From Myxococcota bacterium (GTDB taxonomy: Bacteria > Myxococcota_A > SURF-8): a stretch of 64,000 nucleotides of DNA. The stretch lies in the NCBI GenBank assembly GCA_965140415.1, contig OZ223209.1:2496001-2560000 (forward strand), in the 5' to 3' direction. Position 1 is the stretch's first letter. Every line of letters begins with the position of its first letter. Both the position numbers and the translations under genes were made by a program. Under the pieces are notes generated by a model. It did not search any database, was not told the DNA's origin, and was given only the letters and a program-made list of their open reading frames with translations. This document shows, one piece after another, positions 49,461 through 58,321 of this stretch.

Positions 49461-49895
49461 CTATTTCTTCTCGGAGCAGGTCGTCGATTCGATTTTGGTT
49501 TTTTTCGGGATATCTTTCGTTTTATTCTCGACGATCTTTTTTTCGCGGCTTTCACACTTGATGCGGGATATCCGGCAATTGTCCATGCATTTTTTGTGCT
49601 GTGGATCAACAACGGGTTGCGGTTTTCCGGGAATGCTATTCCGTCGCTTTTTGGGGCAGGCTTTGCCGCATTGTTCGTAGGTTGGGTAACATTCCAGATT
49701 GGTGGGGTTTTTAGCTAGCATGGCCTCGTACAGGTTGTTTTGAGCACTTTCCTTGGCGGTGGCTTCAGTGGTTCCTGACGCTTCCGAGCAGGCTTTTTCA
49801 CCTTTGTATTCGCCACAGATTTTGCACTGGTAATCAGCCCAACTTGTGGTGGAGAACAGTGTCATGCAGAAAACGAGAAGAATGAGTTTTTTCAT
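49461..49895 (-). CDS. Secreted Cys-rich, Lys-rich hypothetical protein
   Basis: MKKLILL..SWA signal peptide; 10 Cys in the mature part; AAGGGG RBS. Confidence 0.65.
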   Translation of the reverse strand: MKKLILLVFCMTLFSTTSWADYQCKICGEYKGEKACSEASGTTEATAKESAQNNLYEAMLAKNPTNLECYPTYEQCGKACPKKRRNSIPGKPQPVVDPQHKKCMDNCRISRIKCESREKKIVENKTKDIPKKTKIESTTCSEKK

Positions 49896-50076
49896 GTGAT
49901 GACCCCTTTCATCTTGATCTATGTGCCCCAGGATACAGAATCGAGAAAAACGGCTGCATACAGTTTCGAAATCACCATCCCACATCGGCAAATTCCGAAT
50001 GAATCAGCAGAATTTCATAGTGTTTCTATGGTAGTCCATTGTCTGGCAATGTCAAATTTATTGTTTGTACAGAATC

Positions 50077-51378
50077 CTAGCCAGTTTCAGACAGGCGGGA
50101 CGTTTCGTCGTCCCTAGTCCCAGTATCATCGTCGTCGTCATCATGCCCATCGCCGTTTCCATTTTCATGACCGTTCGGATTTTCAAGGACAGTAACCAGG
50201 TATCCTCGTTTGCTGCGCCGAATCAAAGCATCGCCGATGTGCAGTTTGGCGGTGGATTTACTTCCAAGATGTTGCGCATACAACGAAGCAATGGACATTT
50301 CCTGGACTTCGATTGGCAGTTCGACATTGAGAATGCGTGAAATGTCCGCCATTTCAAGGTCGCCTCGGACGCAATATTTGTTTGGTCCCATGCTGTGGAT
50401 CGGATCGTCTTCCTGGTCGTGTTCGTCCGCAATTTCGCCGACGATTTCCTCCAACACGCTCTCCATCATGACAAATCCAACCGGAGCGCCATCACCGTCC
50501 AACACACCGGCGAAATGATAGCGTTCGATCTGCATGTCTCGCAGTAGATCGTCTAGGTGTGTATTTTGAGATTTCCAGGGAAGATTGCGCTTCAATGCTA
50601 GCCAATCAGGATTGTTGCCACTGATTAGAATGTCTTTTACGTGCAGCATTCCAATGGGGAGCAGTTGATCTCTGTCCATGATTGGATAACGAGTATGCTG
50701 CTGTATTCGAATCTCATCCAGCAGGCGTTGAAAGGACCAATCCGAATAGACTACGGACGTTTTTTCCAGCGGAATCATGACATCTCGGATGCGCATTTCA
50801 TCGAGGTCGAGTACTTCCTGGGCCATGCGGGCTTCCGCCGGTTCCAGTTCTCCGGCATCCGCACTTAAATCCAAAGCCGTTTGCAGCTCTTCACGAGAGA
50901 AGAAACGGCGTTGCGGTCCCATTTTTCGTGTGATTGGCAGCAGAATCAGGTCGGTCAGCGTTGTGGTAATCCAGACGAAAGGAAGGAACAGCCGTTTCAA
51001 TATGGCGATCGGATACGAAACCAGTCGTGCGATGCGTTCCGGCCATTGCGCCGCCATGGTTTTCGGCGGGATTTCCCCGATCATCAACAGGGCCAATGTC
51101 ACGAAAATGGTGGCGTATACCGGACCGAGCAGAGTCGCTGCTATAGCAGCGGCTGCAACGTTTACGAGGTTGTTGCCAACCAAAATGGTGCCGAGCAGAG
51201 CGCCTGGATCTTCCAATAGCTCCAGCGCTTTTTTTGCACCCTTGCTGCCCTGGTCAGCCCTGGAAATCAGCTTAACCCGTTTGCTGCCGATCAACGCGGT
51301 TTCCGAGCCGGAAAAAAAAGCCGACAGCACCAGCAGGATGATAAACAGAATTATACTGGTAATGTCTCCTTCGGACAT
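50077..51378 (-). CDS. CNNM/DUF21-CBS-CorC (hemolysin family) Mg2+/Co2+ transport protein
   Basis: SAFFSGSETA, TILVGNN, GEI.PK, CBS pair, EEIVGEI.DE.D. Confidence 0.9.
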   Translation of the reverse strand: MSEGDITSIILFIILLVLSAFFSGSETALIGSKRVKLISRADQGSKGAKKALELLEDPGALLGTILVGNNLVNVAAAAIAATLLGPVYATIFVTLALLMIGEIPPKTMAAQWPERIARLVSYPIAILKRLFLPFVWITTTLTDLILLPITRKMGPQRRFFSREELQTALDLSADAGELEPAEARMAQEVLDLDEMRIRDVMIPLEKTSVVYSDWSFQRLLDEIRIQQHTRYPIMDRDQLLPIGMLHVKDILISGNNPDWLALKRNLPWKSQNTHLDDLLRDMQIERYHFAGVLDGDGAPVGFVMMESVLEEIVGEIADEHDQEDDPIHSMGPNKYCVRGDLEMADISRILNVELPIEVQEMSIASLYAQHLGSKSTAKLHIGDALIRRSKRGYLVTVLENPNGHENGNGDGHDDDDDDTGTRDDETSRLSETG

Positions 51379-51722
51379 CGTGTGCTTACTCCGATTCTAA
51401 ATTTGTTGTAGGTAAAGGTGTTCCTGAAGCAATAACCACTATGGGTATGCTTTGGTGGCTACTGATACGAATGGGTTCAGAAAAAAGTACGGATGAGTTC
51501 CGATAGTATGACCGTTGCGAAAAACGGCCGATACAAGGGGGAGGTTCGTCTCTTTCCGGTAGCTCAGTTGTGGATTGTTCGTAACTCAAAATGGCCTTCG
51601 ATTAAAGTGATACATCACACTAAATATAGCATCAAATCGAAATCATGGCAAGTTAGCAATTCGAAGATTTGGAATAATTCGTAGATCCGGAATTGAATCG
51701 CTGTGAATTACCTCTGAATTGC

Positions 51723-51751
51723 TTGCACGACAGCAAGTTTTAAGCTATAAA
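51723..51751 (+). promoter_or_regulatory. Putative sigma70 promoter of ndk
   Basis: TTGCAC-N17-TATAAA. Confidence 0.35.
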
Positions 51752-51810
51752 CGCTGCACTCTTTTAAGAGACAAGCAAGAACAATGAATACGCAAGAAGG
51801 AGAAATGACA

Positions 51811-52242
51811 ATGGAACGTACGTTTGGGATCATCAAACCGGATGCCGTGGATGAAAGACATATCGGTCACGTAATTTCCGGTATCGAAAAAGCCGGTTTG
51901 AAACTGGTCGCCATGAAGTTGGTTCATCTTAGCAAAGAAGAAGCGGCGGGATTCTATGCCGTTCACAAGAAGCGTCCTTTCTTCAAAAGCCTGCTGAAAT
52001 ACATCACCAGCGGTCCGGTGGTCGTGATGGCCATGGAAGGCGAAAACGCGATCGAAAAATGGCGTAAACTGATGGGTCCGACCGATTCCACCAAAGCTCC
52101 GAAATCGACCTTACGCGGCAAATACGGCAAAAACATCGAAGAAAACGCCTGCCATGGTTCCGATGCTCCGGAAACCGCCGCAGTTGAATTGGGCTATTTC
52201 TTTAACGCGCTGGAATACATTACCCCGAAACGCAAAAAGTAA
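51811..52242 (+). CDS. ndk: Nucleoside diphosphate kinase (canonical short form)
   Basis: ERTFGIIKPD, HKKRPFF, SGPVV, NACHGSD. Confidence 0.95.
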   Translation: MERTFGIIKPDAVDERHIGHVISGIEKAGLKLVAMKLVHLSKEEAAGFYAVHKKRPFFKSLLKYITSGPVVVMAMEGENAIEKWRKLMGPTDSTKAPKSTLRGKYGKNIEENACHGSDAPETAAVELGYFFNALEYITPKRKK

Positions 52243-52265
52243 TTTCGCACTTATCAGGAGTTTTC

Positions 52266-52808
52266 ATGGCTTTGGAACAAACCCTGGTGCTTATCAAGCC
52301 GGATGGCGTTCGCAGGAAGCTGGTTGGTGAGATTCTGGCCCGCTTCGAGCGGGTCGGACTGACAATCGATAAGATGCAACTGTTTCATGCGACACCACAG
52401 CGCATCGAAGAGCACTATCCGTCGACAGACGATTGGTTCGAGAGTGTTGGCTCGAAAACCAAGCAGGCCTACGAGCGCGACGGCTTGGATGTGATGGCCA
52501 CTTTCGGTACGGCTGATGCGGTTGGTATCGGCAAAGTCGTAAAAAGCTGGCTGGCCGACTACATGACGAGTGATCCCGTGATCGGCATGGTCCTTTCCGG
52601 TAACCGAGCGGTTGAACTGGTGCGGAAAATGGTTGGGCATACGTTCCCTTCTGATGCTGCACCCGGTTCGATTCGTGGAGATTATTCCATCGATTCTCCC
52701 GAAGTTGCCAATGCGGAAAAGCGCTCGATTTACAACCTGATTCATGCATCAGGTGAGATCGAGGAAGCGCAGCGAGAAATCGCGCTCTGGTTCGGAGAAA
52801 ATAACTGA
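52266..52808 (+). CDS. ndk: Nucleoside diphosphate kinase (long, insertion-containing form)
   Basis: EQTLVLIKPDG, EEHY, PGSIRGD, NLIHAS, EI.LWF. Confidence 0.9.
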   Translation: MALEQTLVLIKPDGVRRKLVGEILARFERVGLTIDKMQLFHATPQRIEEHYPSTDDWFESVGSKTKQAYERDGLDVMATFGTADAVGIGKVVKSWLADYMTSDPVIGMVLSGNRAVELVRKMVGHTFPSDAAPGSIRGDYSIDSPEVANAEKRSIYNLIHASGEIEEAQREIALWFGENN

Positions 52809-52813
52809 CATTG

Positions 52814-52838
52814 CGCCCGCAACAATGTTTTGCGGGCG
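52814..52838 (+). terminator. Stem-loop after the second ndk
   Basis: CGCCCGCAA-N7-TTGCGGGCG; no clear U tract. Confidence 0.35.
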
Positions 52839-52872
52839 GATTCTATCGACTCCCAAAATAGGAGAACGATCT

Positions 52873-54396
52873 ATGGCGCAGGACAGCGGAACCCAGCAGG
52901 CAAACGCAACGGAAGAAAAGGTCAAATACAGCGCCCGTCAGCGACTGGAAATGCTGTTTGATCCCGGTACCTTCCATGAAATCGATCGATATGTGACCCA
53001 TCACATCACCGGCTATGGAATGGAAAATAAAAAGCGAGCAGGGGATTCTGTCGTTACAGGCTTCGGAATGGTCAATGGACGTCCGGTATACGCCTATAGC
53101 CAGGATTCCAGCTTCATGGGGGGCTCGCTGGGAGAGGCGCACGCCAAGAAGATCTGCAAAGTGATGGAGATGGCAACCAAAGAGCTGGCTCCTATGGTCG
53201 GCTTTAATGATTCCGGCGGCGCGCGCTTGCAGGAAGGTGTTATCGCGCTTGGCGGTTATGGCGATATCTTCATGCGAAATGTGCGTAGTTCCGGCGTGAT
53301 TCCACAGATTTCCGTAATCAGTGGTATTTGTGCCGGTGGTGCGGTGTATTCACCGGCATTGACGGATTTCATCCTGATGGTCGAAGATCAGGCGCACATG
53401 TTCATTACCGGTCCCAAGGTCGTGGAGGCTGTCACAGGAGAAAAAATCTCTATGGCAGAGTTGGGTGGCGCCATGGCGCACTCGACAAAGTCGGGTGTGT
53501 GTCATTTGAATTGTTACGACGATCAGCATTCCATCGACACCGTGCGCCATCTGCTCGGTTTTTTGCCGCAAAACGCACAGGAAAAGCCACCTGCCTACGA
53601 ACCCTGGGACGACCCGGAGCGGCTGTGCCCGGAACTGTTGGATATCGTTCCGATGGACAACAGTAGAAAGGGGTTCGATGTCCGGGACGTCATCGAGTGT
53701 GTCATGGACACCGAAAGCTTCTTCGAAATCCATCCCAATTACGCACAGAACATCGTGGTAGGGTTTGCGCGTTTGGATGGCTATGCAGTGGGTGTTGTGG
53801 CCAATCAACCCAATTTCATGGCCGGTACGCTTGATTGCAATGCCTCGCGTAAAGGTTCACGCTTTATCCGCACCTGCGATGCCTACAATGTGCCGATCAT
53901 CAGTTTTGTCGATGTTCCCGGCTTTTTACCCGGTGTCAACCAGGAGCACACCGGTATCATTCTGCACGGGGCGAAAATGCTCTTTGCCTATGCGGAAGCA
54001 ACTGTACCTAAGCTCACGATTACATTGCGTAAATCTTTCGGTGGCGCTTATGACGTCATGAGTTCCCGACATCTTGGGGCGGATTACAACTTCGCCTGGC
54101 CATCCTCTGAAATCGCGGTGATGGGTTCCGCCGGTGCGGTTGGTATTTTGTACAACAGCACTTTTAAAAAGATGAAAGCCGAAGGCAAGGCGGACGAGAT
54201 TCCCGCCATGAAGCAGAAGTTGATCGGGGAATATGAAGAAGTCTACCTGACGCCATATATGGCAGCGGAGTATGGCTTTGTGGATGACGTCATCGCCCCT
54301 GAAAGTACGCGCCAGGTGCTGATTCGAGCCTTCCATACCATCCGAAACAAGCAAGAGCCGCTGCTTCCAAGAAAACACAGAAACGTGCCACTGTAA
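52873..54396 (+). CDS. pccB: Acyl-CoA carboxylase beta / carboxyltransferase subunit (PccB/MmdA-like)
   Basis: MGGSLG, DSGGARLQEG, CAGGAVYSPALTD, VDVPGFLPG, RKSFGGAY, KHRNVPL. Confidence 0.9.
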   Translation: MAQDSGTQQANATEEKVKYSARQRLEMLFDPGTFHEIDRYVTHHITGYGMENKKRAGDSVVTGFGMVNGRPVYAYSQDSSFMGGSLGEAHAKKICKVMEMATKELAPMVGFNDSGGARLQEGVIALGGYGDIFMRNVRSSGVIPQISVISGICAGGAVYSPALTDFILMVEDQAHMFITGPKVVEAVTGEKISMAELGGAMAHSTKSGVCHLNCYDDQHSIDTVRHLLGFLPQNAQEKPPAYEPWDDPERLCPELLDIVPMDNSRKGFDVRDVIECVMDTESFFEIHPNYAQNIVVGFARLDGYAVGVVANQPNFMAGTLDCNASRKGSRFIRTCDAYNVPIISFVDVPGFLPGVNQEHTGIILHGAKMLFAYAEATVPKLTITLRKSFGGAYDVMSSRHLGADYNFAWPSSEIAVMGSAGAVGILYNSTFKKMKAEGKADEIPAMKQKLIGEYEEVYLTPYMAAEYGFVDDVIAPESTRQVLIRAFHTIRNKQEPLLPRKHRNVPL

Positions 54397-54550
54397 GCGG
54401 CTATCAGAATTCTACAAATCCGATCCGAAAACTAGATCTTTCTGTTGAAACGGGAATGATTCGGGGGAGTACTGTCTCTATATCTGTACGTTAAGGATAG
54501 TGGCGCAGATGCTTTTATGTCGCAGTCCTGAAGACAGTGAGGATAGTACC

Positions 54551-54880
54551 ATGACCGATCTAGCTTCTAAAACCTGCCTGCCTTGTCAAGGTGGTGTGGA
54601 ACCGATGAAGGGGGACGATCTTCTGCTTTATCTCGAGCAGGTGCACGAGGATTGGCACCTGGTCAACGAGCATCACCTGGAGCGGGAGTATTGGTTCAAA
54701 GATTTTAAAGATGCTCTGGCCTTTGCCAATTCGGTTGGAGATCTGGCGGAAAGCGTAAATCATCATCCGGACATTCATTTGAGTTGGGGGAAAGTGGTTC
54801 TTCATCTGTGGACACACAAGATCGATGGCTTGTCCGAAAGTGATTTTATCTTTGCGGCCAAGGTGGATCGTTTACGCTAG
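54551..54880 (+). CDS. phhB: Pterin-4a-carbinolamine dehydratase
   Basis: C.PC.GG, F.DF..AL.F, NHHPDI, WTHKIDGLSESDFI.AAK. Confidence 0.92.
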   Translation: MTDLASKTCLPCQGGVEPMKGDDLLLYLEQVHEDWHLVNEHHLEREYWFKDFKDALAFANSVGDLAESVNHHPDIHLSWGKVVLHLWTHKIDGLSESDFIFAAKVDRLR

Positions 54881-54945
54881 AGGTGCATGTGAAATAGAAT
54901 TGACAATACAAACATATAGAGCCAATTGTTAAAGAGGAAAATGAA

Positions 54946-55389
54946 ATGAAAACAGTCAAGGACTTGATAGAAAACAAACCCGGGCCGATCATCGATATTC
55001 TGCCGGATAAGGCATTGACCGAAGCTGCCTCGAATCTGGTGGATCATAATATCGGTGCATTGATTGTCACCAATGAGAAGCAGCAGGTGCTTGGTATTCT
55101 TTCCGAGCGCGACATATTGAGGCAGCTTAAAGAGCATCCCGCTGAATTTCAGCAGCTACAGGTCAAAGATGCCATGACGGAAGATTTGTATGTAGCGTTG
55201 CCGGAAGATGAACTCGACTATGTCATGAGTGTGATGGTCAAATACCAAATACGTCACCTCCCAGTGATTGATGCCGGCAAACTGATCGGCATCCTTTCCG
55301 TGCGTGATGTCATTGCCGCGCTGAAAACGCAAAAGGAATATGAAAATCACCGCTTGAGAGACTATATCAGTGGCGATTATCCCGGTTGA
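54946..55389 (+). CDS. CBS domain pair protein
   Basis: IGAL.V, GILSERD, VKDAMT, IRHLPV, GILSVRD. Confidence 0.9.
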   Translation: MKTVKDLIENKPGPIIDILPDKALTEAASNLVDHNIGALIVTNEKQQVLGILSERDILRQLKEHPAEFQQLQVKDAMTEDLYVALPEDELDYVMSVMVKYQIRHLPVIDAGKLIGILSVRDVIAALKTQKEYENHRLRDYISGDYPG

Positions 55390-55450
55390 TTTTTTATCGG
55401 GATTTAATCCTTGGTTGATGTGTAAGCGTTTGAATTGACAGTTGAAATAC

Positions 55451-56389
55451 TTATCGAGTGCGTTTGAGATACTGGTATACTTCACGGGCGACGACGGCTC
55501 CATCTCCAACAGAAGCGGCAATGCTTGGTGATTTGGGATTGGCGATATCGCCAGCGGCAAAGACGCCGTCTTCCGAACTATGAAGGTAGCGATTGACTTC
55601 GATATAGCCCGCGCCATCTAAATGTAACGAACCGGGAGGAATCAGGTCCGTATTGGGTCGATATCCGATTTTCAAAACCAGCCAGTCCGTTTTGCGTTTC
55701 TCATCTACTCCTTGAGTAATCAACTTGATATGACTCAGTTTTTCATCGCTCTCCTGCAAACCCACGACTTCCGTTTCCATAAGACAATCGATGGTTGGAT
55801 GTTCCTGAACGCGACGGATGAATTCCTCTCTCCCACGAAACTCGGCTTTTCGGTGCACGATCGTGACAGATGGGCAATGATCGGCAAGGATCAAGGCGTT
55901 CTCAAGTGCGCCGTCTCCACCGCCAACGATGTAAACGGTTTGACCTGATATTTTTTCGAGATCGCTGCTGGCGGAGAGAGAAACTCCTTTTCCATACAGT
56001 TTCCAGAAGTTGTCGATTTCCAGCTCACGTGGCCGGATTCCCAGTGTGAGTATCAGTGCTTTGGCCTGATAGTTCCCCCATTCTGTCCGTATGAGTTTTC
56101 GCTGCGGATCGATGGAGAGGATTTCCGTATTCAACTCAGCAGAGAGACCTTTTCTTTGGTATTCTTCTTCAAGTAAAACTTGCAGTTCTTTTCCGTTATT
56201 AGCGTAATGTCCAAGGAAATCGTCAATAGGTAGGTTGATTCGGGGAAGGGAGCCGCCCAAGCGTTCCGCCCGTTCGATCAAGACGAACGGCACTTGAAAT
56301 TTCTGCAACCAAATGGCCGCCGATAGTCCAGCCGGACCGCCACCCAGAATCAACGCTTCTGTTTGTTGTGGTTTTCCGATGATTCCCAT
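55451..56389 (-). CDS. Thioredoxin reductase-like FAD/NAD(P)H oxidoreductase lacking the CxxC
   Basis: GGGPAG, GGGDGALE, HRKAEFR, GVFAAGD; GVSLSASSD at the usual GVSxCxxCD position. Confidence 0.85.
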   Translation of the reverse strand: MGIIGKPQQTEALILGGGPAGLSAAIWLQKFQVPFVLIERAERLGGSLPRINLPIDDFLGHYANNGKELQVLLEEEYQRKGLSAELNTEILSIDPQRKLIRTEWGNYQAKALILTLGIRPRELEIDNFWKLYGKGVSLSASSDLEKISGQTVYIVGGGDGALENALILADHCPSVTIVHRKAEFRGREEFIRRVQEHPTIDCLMETEVVGLQESDEKLSHIKLITQGVDEKRKTDWLVLKIGYRPNTDLIPPGSLHLDGAGYIEVNRYLHSSEDGVFAAGDIANPKSPSIAASVGDGAVVAREVYQYLKRTR

Positions 56390-56397
56390 GGGATCTT

Positions 56398-56958
56398 TTA
56401 TAAGACTTTTTTAAAGAATTCCTGGCGTAATTCGCCAGATGTCAGCACTCCCCTGGATGCGGTATAGTCAACGCTGCCTACGTTTTTCAATCCTCGCATT
56501 TCCATGCACATATGCCGTGCGTTCAGGTGTACGATCAGCCCTGCCGGTGACATTGCCTCGCCAAGAAAATCGGCTACCTGCTCCGCCAGACGTTCCTGCA
56601 GTTGAGGTCGCCGGGAGAAGAATTCCAGCACCTTCGGCAATGATCCCAGGCCGACGACTTTGCCCGCAGGAACATAGCCCACGTGCGCCCGCCCGAAAAA
56701 AGGAAGCAGGTGATGGGCGCACATCGAGTAAAACGTGATATCGCGAATAATCACCATTTCACTGCCTGGATAGTCGGTTACGGACAGTTCAGGTGGTTCC
56801 GACGGTTCCATGCCTGCAAAGAGATCCTGGTACAGGGTGGTGACTCGCTCGGGCATGCCCTGCAATTCGGAATCCTGCTCCATTGGAAAGCCGAGCAATT
56901 TAAACGCGGTGCGAAAATGTTCGGCAGCTTCTATGCGGTTTCGTTCCCGTTCATTCAT
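56398..56958 (-). CDS. folE: GTP cyclohydrolase I
   Basis: PERV, SMCAHHLLPF.G, RRPQLQE, HMCMEMRG. Confidence 0.93.
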   Translation of the reverse strand: MNERERNRIEAAEHFRTAFKLLGFPMEQDSELQGMPERVTTLYQDLFAGMEPSEPPELSVTDYPGSEMVIIRDITFYSMCAHHLLPFFGRAHVGYVPAGKVVGLGSLPKVLEFFSRRPQLQERLAEQVADFLGEAMSPAGLIVHLNARHMCMEMRGLKNVGSVDYTASRGVLTSGELRQEFFKKVL

Positions 56959-57140
56959 AATCTAAACTCCTGAAGGATAGATTCCGAGTATACCTTGCTT
57001 GGGTGGAATAGGCGATGCTTTTCGTCGGTTTGTCTTGCGTTTCTTCCGTTATGCTTGGAATTTTCATCCCTAAATATGTGTTGAAAGCTTAATATTGTCT
57101 GACGCGGATTGTCAAATGTTCATTCCGATGAGGGATTTGA

Positions 57141-57169
57141 TTGACGCAGTGTGCAATTTCGCATAACGT
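57141..57169 (+). promoter_or_regulatory. Putative sigma70 promoter of cysE
   Basis: TTGACG-N17-TAACGT about 50 nt upstream of the ATG. Confidence 0.45.
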
Positions 57170-57221
57170 AGCGGCTGGAAAATAACCAGTTATTTGGCGT
57201 TATACCGCCCTGGGAGGCGAC

Positions 57222-58169
57222 ATGACGATACCTACTTCGAAAGAGAATTCCGTTGCAAAAAACGGACATTCCCGGTTGGCGGCTATCGTAGCGGATTTAC
57301 AGCGTTCCGGTCCGGAAGCCATGCGTGTTCGGAATTCTCAATGTAAGCCTTTGCCTTCGAGAGATGCCATTATCGGCATGGTTGAAGCGTTGCGGTCGAT
57401 CGTTTTTCCTCGTTGTTTCGGCCAGGAACATATCGATAACGAAAGCTTGAGTTTTCATTTGGGCGCGCAACTGGATAAGCTGTTTCATGTGCTGAGGGAA
57501 CAGATCAATCGCGGCCTGTGCTTCCGCTGTGAGGGGACAAAGGATAGCTGCGAAATGTGCGAAATTCAGGCCGATGAGGTTGCGAATCAGTTTCTGGAAC
57601 GAGTACCGACCATTTCCAGCATGTTGCATAAGGACGTTCGAGCGACCTTCGAAGGCGATCCCGCCGCAAAAAGCGAGGATGAAATCATCTTCTGCTATCC
57701 AGGAATCAATGCGACACTGGCGCACCGCATTGCCCATGAACTGTTCAAACTGGATGCAATTACGATTGCGCGCATCATGTCCGAATACGCTCACAGTATT
57801 ACCGGAATCGACATTCATCCGGGGGCGACAATCGGGGAAAATTTCATGATCGACCATGGCACCGGTGTGGTTATCGGTGAAACCTGCGTGATTGGGAATA
57901 ACGTTAGGATTTATCAGGGGGTGACATTGGGTGCGAAAAGTTTCCCGGTCGATAAGGATGGCAACCCGATCAAAGGGGTCAAACGTCATCCGAACATCGA
58001 AGATGATGTGATTATATACTCCGGAGCGACGATACTTGGCAATGTGACGGTAGGCAAGGGGAGTGTCATTGGTGGTAACGTCTGGTTGACGGAAGACGTT
58101 CCTCCGGGGACACGCGTGTTGCAGAACAGGCCGATACATGAACTATACAGCCAGGGTGGAGGAATTTAA
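57222..58169 (+). CDS. cysE: Serine O-acetyltransferase (long EpsC-type)
   Basis: GDPAA, YPG, HRIAH, TGIDIHPGA, IDHGTGVVIGET, YQGVTLG, KRHP. Confidence 0.93.
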   Translation: MTIPTSKENSVAKNGHSRLAAIVADLQRSGPEAMRVRNSQCKPLPSRDAIIGMVEALRSIVFPRCFGQEHIDNESLSFHLGAQLDKLFHVLREQINRGLCFRCEGTKDSCEMCEIQADEVANQFLERVPTISSMLHKDVRATFEGDPAAKSEDEIIFCYPGINATLAHRIAHELFKLDAITIARIMSEYAHSITGIDIHPGATIGENFMIDHGTGVVIGETCVIGNNVRIYQGVTLGAKSFPVDKDGNPIKGVKRHPNIEDDVIIYSGATILGNVTVGKGSVIGGNVWLTEDVPPGTRVLQNRPIHELYSQGGGI

Positions 58170-58321
58170 TCATCTGGATGGCCGGGTTAATCTGCTTTTA
58201 TCCGAAACGCGATGGCTTCAAGCTGGATTTTGCACGAGTCGTTTCTCTCTCTTTTTCGCTTTGTATCGGTTGCCTTCATGCCGATAAAAGCTCTTTGTCG
58301 GAGTTGTAGAAAGGAAGTTCC

